Shown here piece after piece: positions 53,234 through 64,000 of a stretch of 64,000 nucleotides of DNA. How positions within the stretch are numbered: position 1 is the first letter of the stretch; each line of letters starts with the position of its first letter. This stretch comes from Schmidtea polychroa. Taxonomy: Eukaryota. The notes below the pieces were generated by a model. It ran no database searches. It was not told where the DNA came from and was given only the letters and a program-made list of their open reading frames with translations. The position numbers were made by a program, and so were the translations under genes. Where the stretch lies: NCBI GenBank assembly GCA_044892525.1, contig CM097885.1, positions 42,100,001 to 42,164,000 of the forward strand. The letters are read 5' to 3'.

Positions 53234-55812
53234 CAGGGATGGCAATTACATGGCACGCAGACAAAAAACTTCTGGCACTCTAAGAAATTTAAAAAAAGAA
53301 GTAGAAAAAATTCTTATTATAAAATAATTACTGCTTTTTAAAAAAAAATTTGGACCCAAAATTTTAATCAACGGCTTTGAATTGAATTCTATATTTTTTT
53401 CTCTAGTTGGCTTTGCGTTATTAAATAACGCAATTAATTATTAAATTTAGTTTATTTTGGCACTTTGATAAAAACCTATTTGCCAAAATAACGGTTATTT
53501 TGTACATACGTATATGGTTGTGTTATAATTCTTGTATATTCTTACATCAGTTTTTAGTTTTGTTTTAACTTGTGCAGTTCAATAAAATTTGTGTTTAATT
53601 TTAAATAAAATTTATTTTTTGCTGAATTAAAATGGTACCAAAAAAACCAAAACTACAAGATATTCGTAGCTTTGTACTCTCTTGGACTGCTGATTACGGT
53701 TTTGTTAAACATGGAGATAAAAGTCGGTGCGGTCTGTGTTCTGAAATTATTGTATGTCGAACGTCTTCTATTAAGCGACATTTTGAAACCAACCATAAAG
53801 AAATTGCCGAAAAAAATATTGAAGAAAGAAAAGAACTAATTTCTCAACGATTAAAGATAGCTGAAAATCAATCGAATTCATTATCAAAATTTTTAAAAAC
53901 CAACAGCAATGTTACAGAAGCTAGTTTTGAAATTTCTTATTTGATTGCTAAGCAATCAAAACCATTTTCTGATGGAGAGTTTGTAAAAACGGTTATGTAA
54001 AAAGCGGCCGAAAGTTTGTTTCAAGATTTTAATAATAAAGTAAAGATTATTCAAAGAATTCGAGAAGTCCAGCTAAGCCGAAATTCAGTTAAAGATAGAA
54101 TTTTAAAAATAAGTGCGAATATTTCTGATCAACTTTACAACGATGTTAATAGCTGTGACTACATTTCAATTTGCCTCGATGAATCAACAGATATTAAGTC
54201 ATCTGCCCGATTAGCAATCATTGCACGTTATCCGAAAGATAATGAAATGCACGAAGAACTTTTAAAATTAGCAAATATCCCAGAAAGAACAAGAGGTAGT
54301 GATATTTGTGAAGTTGTATTCAATGAATTAAACAAACTTAAAATAAATATTAAAAAAAATCATTTCTGTAACGACAGATGGAGCTCCTAATATGACTGGA
54401 CCAGAGATAGGTTTTGTTAATTTATTTCAAAACCTAGTTGGTCATCCAATAATAGGCTTTCATTGCATTATTCATCAGCAAGTTCTTTGTGCAAAATTCG
54501 GAACTAGCGATTTCAAAGAAATATCAGAACAAGTTAATAAAATCATAAATTTTGTAGTTGCACGCGACATGCATAAAAGACAATTTAAAAAACTTTTAAA
54601 TGATATGGATTGCGAATACGATACTCTCTTAATGTGCAATAGTGTACGTTGGCTAAGTCGAGCGACATCCTTAGAACGATTTGTGAATTGCTTGGAAGAA
54701 ATTCGACTTTTTTTACACGAATTCGACAGGGATCGTTTTAAAGAATTATATGATACAGAATGGTTAACAAAATTAATGTTTTTTACCGACGTAACATTAC
54801 ATTTAAACGTTCTTAATAAAAATTTGCAAGGACGAGGAAAAACAATTGAAGTTATGTTTGGATTGATAAAGGGGTTTGAAATTAAATTAGATATTTTTGC
54901 TAGAGATATCGCATCTGGAAAACATAATAATTTTCCGAAACTTAAAAGTTTTTTAAATGAATCTACAATTTTCAAAAAAACTAATTGGAATTTTAATTAC
55001 GAATTTTCTAAAGTTCTTGAAACTATAAAAGAACAATTTTCAAATCGATTTAAAGATTTTAAAAGAATTGATAGGCTGTTGAAAATTGTAAATTATCCGG
55101 ACTTATTCGATATACAGGATTTCGATAACAACCTTATTAATTGGATGAAATTAGAAAATTTAGAAATGCAGACAGTAGATTTGCAATCTAATCCTATTTG
55201 GAGACAAAAATTTGTGAATATGCGAAAAAATATAGAAGAATTGGAATATCATCGATTGTCACAGGATGGAGAGTCGGAATGCCGCATTGAAAACTTGATA
55301 TTGGAAGTGTGGAATAGTATGCCAGAAGCATTTGCTTCTGTAAAAAAATTAGCAATCGAAATGTTAACCATTTTCGCATCCACTTATTACTGTGAGAGTC
55401 TTTTTTCTGTACTTAATCATGTACTATCAAAGACAAGAAACAGATTAACAGAAGAAGACTCAGCAGCTTGTATTACCTTACAATCGACAACATACCATCC
55501 TGATATTAAAAACCTTGCAAGTAATATGAAGCAAAAAACTTCTAACAAAATTTAAGAATTTTTTATTAAATTTATTATTAAACTTTATAATTTTTTTTAC
55601 TATTTCTTTATATTGAATAAATATTATCACATGAACTCAAATATTGAAATTTATTTCTGTTTTCTTGTGAATAAAAAAATGAATAAAAAAATGAATAAAA
55701 AATGTATATATAGGTACATATAACAAATAAAAGTTACGAGGGCACGCGAAAAAAATTGAATTTAAATTTAGTTTATTTTGGCACTTTGATAAAAACCTAT
55801 TTGCCATCCCTG
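53234..55812 (+). mobile_element. Full-length hAT transposon (Buster/SPIN/GTF2IRD2-like), 2579 bp
   Basis: TIR CAGGGATGGCAA / TTGCCATCCCTG. 8-bp TSD ACGTAAGA at 53226-53233 and 55813-55820. Confidence 0.95.
53632..55555 (+). pseudogene. hAT transposase with one nonsense codon (53998-54000) and one frameshift (A-run ~54352-54359)
   Basis: BED finger CGLC..RHFETNH, CLDESTD, TDGAPNMTG, HCIIHQ, VRWLSR and STYYCESLFS. Confidence 0.93.
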
Positions 55813-56064
55813 ACGTAAGACCTTCTATCGGCAGTCCAGAACCCGAAAATGAAAATATCATGAGGAGTAGTTTTATCAATAGAGCTCACCTGCTCGTGGA
55901 TTTTCAGCCATTGTGTACAACACCAACATGGTCGTCGTCATGGTACACGGATGGTCTAAAGATAATTTTCATGAAGGCGTTTAGGAAGGAGTCGATTCAA
56001 CATCTACCAGTACCTCGAACACACTTAAAAAATAAAGTGACACACCCGTAAGCGCCAATAATAG

Positions 56065-57140
56065 TGTTGAGGTCTGTAAATTAAAATTAAAAATTTAAAT
56101 AAAATTTAGGATAATAATTCAAATGGAAAGTAAGCGAGGAAAAAAGGCAAATAAAAGCGGGATCGTGCACAGAATCAATAGTAAAGGAAAGTGTGATGGA
56201 AACAGTATTAGAAAATACAAAAAGCAATTACGAAAGGCGAGAATCCGGAAATCCGAGAAAAATCAATAAATGGAAAAATCATCGAAATCGAATGGGAAAA
56301 ACGGGACAGGTATAGATTAGCTAATGGTCAACAAGATGATGGTTAGGGATTTATCAGAAAAGGGTTAGGAAGGGTCGAAAAACATTCAAACTTATGAAAA
56401 CAGAAAACGTTAATTAATTAATTAATTGGCTAATGGAAAACCCGAGCTAATGGGAAACCCGAGCCAATGGAGAACCCGAGCCAATGGAGAACCCGAGAGA
56501 TAAAGGAAACCCGAGCTGGGTAAACAAGAAGAAAGGCAAACAAAAGGAAGATTTGGGCCCATTAGCTTGACACAATGATTAATGGGAAAAGAGTAAGGAG
56601 AAGATAGCGCGCGTAGGAAGACCGGTAGGGCCATTAATTATCTGGATTCGTTGGACCATTATGGGTGACAGCCGAAGCAAACACGTAGGAGAAAATGTCA
56701 AACGAAAGATTGGCTCGGCAATAACCATTTGTCATCCTGATTTCGAGGAGTATATAAGCAAAGGGAAAATCAGAGAAAATCGGCATTTTGCCTCAGGTAG
56801 GGTAAGAAGAATCGAGAATAGTCGGGAGGTAAAAACGAATTTAGGGAAGTAGGGAAAAGAAGAAATAGAATTAAGAATACGAAAAGGTGAAAAGGAATCA
56901 AACCAAACAGAAACCGAGGAAAACGAGAGTCAAGAGAATCGAAAGGATCGAAAGGTGAATATTATTTGTTTGCAAAGCATCAACGCCGAGCGGAGAATCG
57001 TATAAAACTTTGATTGGTAATTGTAGCGTGATAATAAATTGTGAACCTGTTGTTTCAATATACGTTGGGTCGTTCATTGTTTTGATTTAAAGAACACAGG
57101 AGTCAGAGAGAACCGACTTGAAATAATCCAAAACCCAACA
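56065..57140 (+). repeat. 5' LTR (1076 bp)
   Basis: TGTTGAG..CCCAACA termini, AATGGRAAACCCGAGC tandems at 56432-56516, followed by a PBS. Confidence 0.88.
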
Positions 57141-57147
57141 TATATTC

Positions 57148-57165
57148 TGGTGAGCCGGACGTGAT
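57148..57165 (+). promoter_or_regulatory. Primer-binding site (TGG-initiated; tRNA-Arg-like, identity uncertain)
   Basis: TGGTGAGCCGGACGTGAT lies 7 nt after the LTR end. Confidence 0.65.
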
Positions 57166-57379
57166 CGCAAGTCGGCGGAAAATTATTGGAAGTTAGTGAA
57201 AAAGAAATTATAAAAAAAATTAGTACCGACGTGATAGAGAGTCGGCTGAGAATCATTGAAAGTAGTGAAAATTTGTGAAAATAGTGCTAACGAGATTATT
57301 AAAGGCTATTATTGGAAGATTTAAAAGAAGTTGAAAAGTAATTTTAAATTATTGTTTAACGTTTGAAGTTTAGCTCAAA

Positions 57380-60300
57380 GTGAACCGATACAACCTCAGA
57401 AGTCAGAAACAAGTCCAAATGGCAAATGATAATGCTGTTATGCCTCTCAATAGAGAGATGATTGATTTCGCAAGTTGCCAGAAATTACCCGTCAATCAAT
57501 ATGGAGGAGACCCTGTTGAATTTGCAGATTTCATGGGAGATTATTATATGTTCGCCTCAGCATACGGATGGACACAAGCCATTATGGTTCAGAGATTCCC
57601 ACTCTATCTGAAGGGTGCGGCAAGAGAAGCCTGGCAGCAAGTCGACAAACGAAATGTTGGTAATGATTGGACAAAATTGAAGGATGCAATGGCACTGAAA
57701 CTGGTTGGTGGAGATATCAAAAGAATCATGCGACAGAAATTTTATAATCGAGTTCAAGGTCCAGATAAATCGGTCAGTGAGTTTGCTTATCATCTGACCA
57801 CTTTAGCAGATAAAGCCTTTGAAGTTAAACCAGACCAAGCAGATATGGCCAAGCAGGTTAAAGAGCTGTTAGAAGATCAGTTTATAACCGGAGTCCACTC
57901 CGAAATCAAAAAGGCCCTATGTTATGTGGATTTTTCCAATTTCGATGAGCTCGTGAAGAAAGCCATGAAGATAGAGCTGAATTTAAAAAGTGCAAAAAGA
58001 TCAGATGCTTTTGGAGTTAATGTGGAGAGACGAGAGCGATCAATTACGCCTGTGAGAGCACCATGGGATGAAAAGAAAATAAATCAAATCAGTAGTCCAA
58101 TTTTGAAACGAAATAATAGATTTCAAGCCAGTAGATCAGCCATGAACGTACAATCAAGTGGACAGATAAATAATCCTCAGTGCGAGCATTGCAAAAAGTC
58201 TGGACACTATTCAAATCAATGTTGGTTCAAATATGGGAAAAATCCCAGCCCTAACAAGAGATTCACAGAAAACAAACGGATCAGCAGTGATGTCGAATGC
58301 TATCGATGTGGAAAGAAAGGGCATATTAGCAGAAACTGTTTCACCAGATCAAGATCATCGTCAACGTCACCTTCACCACAACGGGACAAAGTGAATATAA
58401 ATGGACAGATACAATGTCATTCGTGCAAGGGATACGGCCACATGGCGCGATCATGCCCAAGGAACTCAGAGAGATTCAGCAGACCTATATTAAAGAAATC
58501 GATCAGATTCCAAGAAGATATGCCAAACACTAGTAATATGACATATACTCAGAGAGAGGAATTTCAAGAAAAAATGGAAAAGGAATTTCGAGAAATGCGA
58601 CAGAAGCTGAACAAATTAGTGGCTAAATTTGAATCAGATGAGGAAACTGAATCTCATATGATAATTGGAACCGTGTCAGAAGGTGAGGGAAAACCTGCCA
58701 CGAAAGTGCGAAAGATCGCATCAGATGAGAATCCGACTGCACTGTTAGCCCGAGTTGAAAAATGGCTTGAGAAAATGGAAACTGACAACTCCCAGTTGAA
58801 ACGATGGATCGCAGAACTCAGTGTGATGTCACTAACCCAAAGCGAACTAAAGAGAGCCATAAATTTATGTGCAAAGTTATTCAAAGGAAACAGAGACGAT
58901 GAGATACTTAAACAAATGCAAAAGTTTGGCAAGGCTTTACGGTCAACAAGGGATTTGGCTGATATCATAGTGGAAACGACGGGACTTGATAATGTGAAGT
59001 GCCAATTCCGTGTAAATGCCTACGGACAAGTCAGAGAGCTAAAGGAGCGAATACTGCGTCAATACAGCGGATGGCAAGTGCAACTAAAATTTGAGGATCG
59101 ATGTCTGGAAGACGAGGAGTACTTGGTAGATTGCGGTCTGATACCAGGCTGGAAAAATAAAGTAAATGTTGTTAATGCTGTTAATACTTTGAATTCAGAC
59201 AGACAAAATTGGGAAAAGATTCTAGCAGATTTACAAGATACTCTGTATGCAGGGAATAGAGATAAAATTAATGCGAGTATCGACTTCATAATGAGCATCG
59301 AAATGGATCGAGATATGAAAGAAGGGTTGTTTGAATGTATCGTACCGTATACGAATAAACCGACAAGTTATCAGGCAAAGTTAAAAGAGGTAATCCGAAA
59401 ACTAGGACATGATTATGAGGCGGCAGACGATAGTGCGAAGTCTTTGATAATAGCGTTAAATATTGCGGATCAAAGGATTGAATATTATCAGGAACATTGG
59501 AGTGTAAAAGCAAAGACAATACGACAAAAAGCAGCGGAGATATTAGGTAATGAAGGAATTATCGTGTTGACGTTCAAAGGACGAGAATTGGATGATGACG
59601 AATATTTGTTAAACTACGGATGTAACCCAAATTGTATTAATAATGTGTACGCAACAAAACAAAGTGATGAAATGGAAAAAGATGCAGTAATAGTACCGTT
59701 TTGGCCTCCGTATGAGGAAACGGATAATGATAATGTAGAGATTAAAACTGAAGTTGTAGATGACCCAGGAGAAATTGATCAAGAAATTAATGAATTGCAG
59801 AGATTAGAAACAATGGAAAATGAGGAGATGGGATCGGAAAATGAAGTTACAAGGGATATCGAGGAATTGAGCACCGATAATAGGGTAATACCGAGCATAG
59901 ATGAGATGAAAAGTGAAGAGAACTTCGTTGAAACGAAAAATGACATCGCGATATGTCGGAAAAGACAGAATGATGCGGAAATTGAATCTTTGAGTTTAGA
60001 TAAATCAAGCGAAACTGAGCGTTTAGATGAATCGAGCGAAACTGAGCGTTTAGATGAATCAAACGAGACTGAACGAATATTAAAAAGTTTAGTTACGGAA
60101 TTGTACTTGTTAGATGAAACTGAAACAGAAGATGATACTTCGGAGGGGGAGAAAATAGTTGTAAAAAGATTGGCAACGGAATTAAAGAGGAGATTACCGT
60201 CGATAATTAAAAGAAATTATGAAGAAAAGGAATTTTGTGAGGAAGCAGTAATTGAGGACCTAACACGAACCGAGTTGGATCGAGATGTAATATTGACAGC

Positions 60301-63300
60301 GCTAGCCTATATAATATTGGAGATTGGTATTTATGGTTGTCTGGAAAGTGACAATTCAAAATCATTGATAAAGAAAGCTACTGAAATGACGAATAAATAT
60401 TTGACTAAGTGGATCGCAAACAATGGCGGATGGGAAAAGTTGATAGAAAAGGCTGAGAGCCCAAAACCAGAGACAGTGAGGAAAAAGGGAAAACTCGCAT
60501 TTCCATGGTTGATGATTTCTATTATTATGTTATTGGGAATAATAAACACGACAAATTCATTGGTGGCATACGACTGCTCCCAAACCGAAATGGGAAGAGT
60601 ATATTCGTTGGTAAACGTAGCAGAGTGTTCGGATGCATATCCAGTAAAATTTAAAGTGACAAATCCAGTAAAATATTATGTATATCAAGAATCGGGGTTT
60701 CGACGAGCAAAGGTGAGAGAGTGTACAGTAAAACGAACTACTTTTGTATTTTATTGTGGAAAATGGAGCCACTCATCGATGGTGAAAATGCAATCGATAC
60801 CTAGACCGATAGAAATAATTCCAGAGAATTGTTTGGCAGCCTTTCAAACAGGACAGTTGAAAATCAATGCAGATATCAAACTACAAGCAAAGCTTAATCA
60901 CAAAATCCGTGAGACTGTAACTGTGCGAGGGATAATAAAGTCGAATGGTGATTGCCAAGGCGAGCCATACAAAGTAGACGATGCTATAATTGACAAAGCC
61001 GTGGTTGTGGAAGAGTACATGTCAGAATTAAGAGAATTTGATGGATCATTTGATGATGATACTGGTAAACTATAAACACATCCATTCTGCAACATGAAAC
61101 AATCTAGCTGTCAGACAGGAGAATCAATCTTGGTGTACGATGTCGATACCAAAAAGTGCAATTTAGTGCAATTGAAGTCAATGAGTTTTAAAGAAATAAC
61201 GGGAGAGCGGATCAGGGAAAAGCCTGAGAAAATAAGAATGGATCCAGCAACGAGTACAACAACAAGAATCACACCTCTACGGATGAAAGATACTCCAACA
61301 GTGTTAATGTCAACCTCGGAGGAAGATGGGATGCGATTCCTGAGAAAAGAAACTAAAACAAAGTGTGGACAAAATGTCTACGAGACAAATTATAAAGGTA
61401 TATATGTATCTCAGAAGATGATTACAGAGGCCCAAACAAACATACATGCCGGAGATATCAAGTTGACAAATTACTTTAATAACAAAATAGATTATTTATT
61501 TCACTTTGGCCAAAATACCGTTGAAAATGTGTACCGAGAAGTTATTATAAATGATTGCAATCTCAACAAAGAAATACTCCGAAATCGGATGGCAATGGCT
61601 ATAACCAATCCTAATTTGGTAGCACCAATGTTAATTACAGAAAATGGGGTGTTTGCCAGAATTTTCGGTGAAGCACTATATAGCTATAAATGTAAAGCGG
61701 TACCAGTTAAACTGACAAAGTATGACCAATGCACCAACGAGTTACCAGTAAATTTAAATGGATAGTTGCGATTTATGGAGCCTGTAACACGAATCTTACT
61801 GGAAGAGGACGTGAAACCGAAAGTATTACATTGCAATAGATTGTTAGCACCATTATACAGATTAACACCAGAATCTTGGATTGCATTACCAGATCATCGA
61901 GAAGTAAAGACACCGGAGAATTTAGAATTGACAGAATTACAATATCTGGTAAATTTTACGTCGTTAGAAAAATTGTCGCAAAGTGGAATTTACTCGAGCG
62001 AAGACATTGAGGAAGCTCGCAGAAACTTTTTATTTCCATCAAAGAATGAAAGAGTAATAATGGAAATGGTAGATACAATTCTCCCAAGCGGAAGTGGAAA
62101 GGTAAATTACGAGTATTTGTTAACTCCAGATCATTACAAGAAAGCGACGTATAATACAATGAAAAAGATCTGGGGAAAGTTTATGTTCATTGGACAAGCG
62201 TGTGCCGGATTGATTGGAATTTATGTAATATGTGTTGTAATCAAAGTGATAATATCGCAGGTCCTATCAACACACAGATTATACGCGATCACAGGTTGGT
62301 CGTGGAAACTAGTAATTGGGCGCATACCATTATTGGCTAGATTCTTCATTACTCATCATCAATATCAGGAGTTGGAGATACTCAAGGCGCGAATATTAAA
62401 GAAGAGAAAGGTGAGCTACGCTAGTACAACCCCTTCAAGGGACGAGAATAATGACAATGACAACGAGGGTGATAGTGCACCGTTATATGTTGACAATCAA
62501 GAACTAAGTGGAATGAATAAAGAAGCGTTAAGAACCTATCAAATCTTAAAAGAGCCACTGTTAAATGCAAGTAGCGTAGACACGTTTACAAAATTGTGTA
62601 TACCAAAATCATTTATGCAACCAGCACCAGTGTATCCAGTTGATCGATTACGAGAGATGAAACCAGTGGAAAATATCGCATTACAATGTGAAGGAATGGT
62701 AGGAGAGAGAATCGACCCTTCTAGCGCAGAGATCGAGAGAAAAAATATGTTAGGCTTACCATGCAACTACTCATTGATGACATTAACAAAAAGAGGAAAG
62801 CAACCCCGAATATTTATACAAATGAACAAACATAAAGTGGAAGCTTTAGTCGATTCGGGATCTAGTCACAAAATAATATCGGAAAATGTATTAAACGCGA
62901 AGGAGAAAATGCGAATAAAGCCTACCGACGAAATAGTGAGGTCATTATCAAAAAATGAATTAAACATAATTGGACAACTTAACGTCATATTCCATATTGG
63001 AGATTGAATAATAGCGCACGATGCGCTCATAATGAAGGGAAGTCCATTACGATGTCTGATCGGCATGGATATATTAGAGCAGCTGGACGGAGTCTCACTT
63101 GATTTAAAGACAGGTAATTTGATAGCAGGAGAAACAGGAGAAATAATTCACAGGGCAGGTGAAGTGTTTGTGAATCAGACATTGACAATACCACCACAAT
63201 CGGAGATGGTATATTGTGCAAATACCATGAGTGTGGATAATGGTGATTTCATATTCGAACCAAATCAGACACTAGTCGAAAAATATGATTTACCGATATG

Positions 63301-64000
63301 TGACGAAATTGTCAAAGTGGAAAATCAGATAGTACCAGTCCATATAACGAATAGCAGTAAGAAACCGGTTCAGTTACACCCAAAAACAAAATTGGGAAAA
63401 TTATCAAAAATGTCTATTGAAACGAATTGTAAAATACCAAGAAACGTCAAGGTGTATAAGGAGCCTGAAGTGGTAAGCAATGATTTAAATGAGATGCAGA
63501 AAAAGGAATTCACAAAACTGTTGAGAAAATACCGAGATATCTTTGCCAAACACGAATATGATTTGGGTTTAACCAATGTAATTGAGCATGAAATACCGTT
63601 ATTAGACGAGACTCCAATAAAAATAAAGCCATACAGAATCCCCTACGTTCATCAAGATGAAAGTGATAGACAGATTACAGCAATGAAGGAATTTGGAATA
63701 ACTCGAGATAGTGCGTCACCATTCTCCTCATCAATAGTGATAGTTAAGAAAAAAGATGGAGACTTACGATTTTGCGTAGATTATCGGAAGCTAAATCAAG
63801 TTACGAGGAAAGACACTTATCCAATTCCGGTACCCCAAGAAATGTTTGATCAAATGGGAGAGGCACGATATTTCACAGTTATTGATTTAAACAAAGGGTA
63901 CAATCAATTTAGAGTAAAAGAGGAAGATAGAGGAAAGACGGCGTTCTCGGATGGCAAAGGACTGTATGAATTCAATGTGTTACCATTTGGATTAACAGGA
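57380..64000 (+). pseudogene. Gag-Ubl-Ubl-Bcl2-like-glycoprotein-PR-RT polyprotein in one frame with three nonsense codons (61073, 61763, 63005)
   Basis: ORFs 57380, 61094, 61766 and the open tail after 63007 share one frame. Three CCHC knuckles (58181-58457); Ubl-like LKFEDRCLEDEEYLVDCGL and LTFKGRELDDDEYLLNYG; WIANNGGWEKL; AYDC glycoprotein; LVDSGS; FCVDYRKLN..LPFGLTG. Confidence 0.9.

Larger units (their letters stand above)
56065..64000 (+). mobile_element. Envelope-bearing Ty3/Gypsy element (5' LTR, PBS, single polyprotein), runs off the window end
   Basis: LTR, PBS and Gag-to-RT coding sequence lie in one frame. Confidence 0.93.

Noticed and set aside
61073..63007. Programmed readthrough at the three in-frame stops of the polyprotein
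   Set aside because: The stops are three different codons in mid-domain positions, and the sister copy has a sense codon at the protease site (IGNQEI vs IGD*II). Nonsense mutations are the simpler explanation.

Overview
Very AT-rich eukaryotic DNA with many (AAT)n runs and short GT-AG introns. A planarian such as Schmidtea is likely, but that is inference. The window is almost entirely nested mobile elements, and I recognised no host gene. (1) 1-14 kb holds giant ~5-kb LTRs: a 5' LTR with a tRNA-Pro-like PBS followed by a decayed IAP-type RING ORF, and a solo LTR with a 4-bp TSD that itself carries an AT-hook ORF and a coiled-coil ORF. (2) A complete 17.6-kb Polinton/Maverick (25270-42915; ~0.9-kb TIRs starting AGTAGT, 6-bp TSD TGGCTG) is inserted exactly inside the RT of a minus-strand Ty3/Gypsy element. 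It encodes pPolB, integrase, packaging ATPase, major and minor capsid and an adenain-type protease. It also carries a TBP-like protein, an IAP-type RING and several intron-containing genes. (3) Three hAT elements have 8-bp TSDs, and there are older relics. (4) From 56 kb a Gypsy element has one reading frame running Gag(3xCCHC), two ubiquitin-like domains, a Bcl-2-like domain, a signal anchor, a chuvirus-like glycoprotein, a TM segment, protease and RT, so the envelope gene is fused between gag and pol. The Polinton-interrupted element is a sister copy that supplies the 3' half, including an extra type I membrane protein gene. Family and domain assignments come from motifs read by eye; no searches were run.
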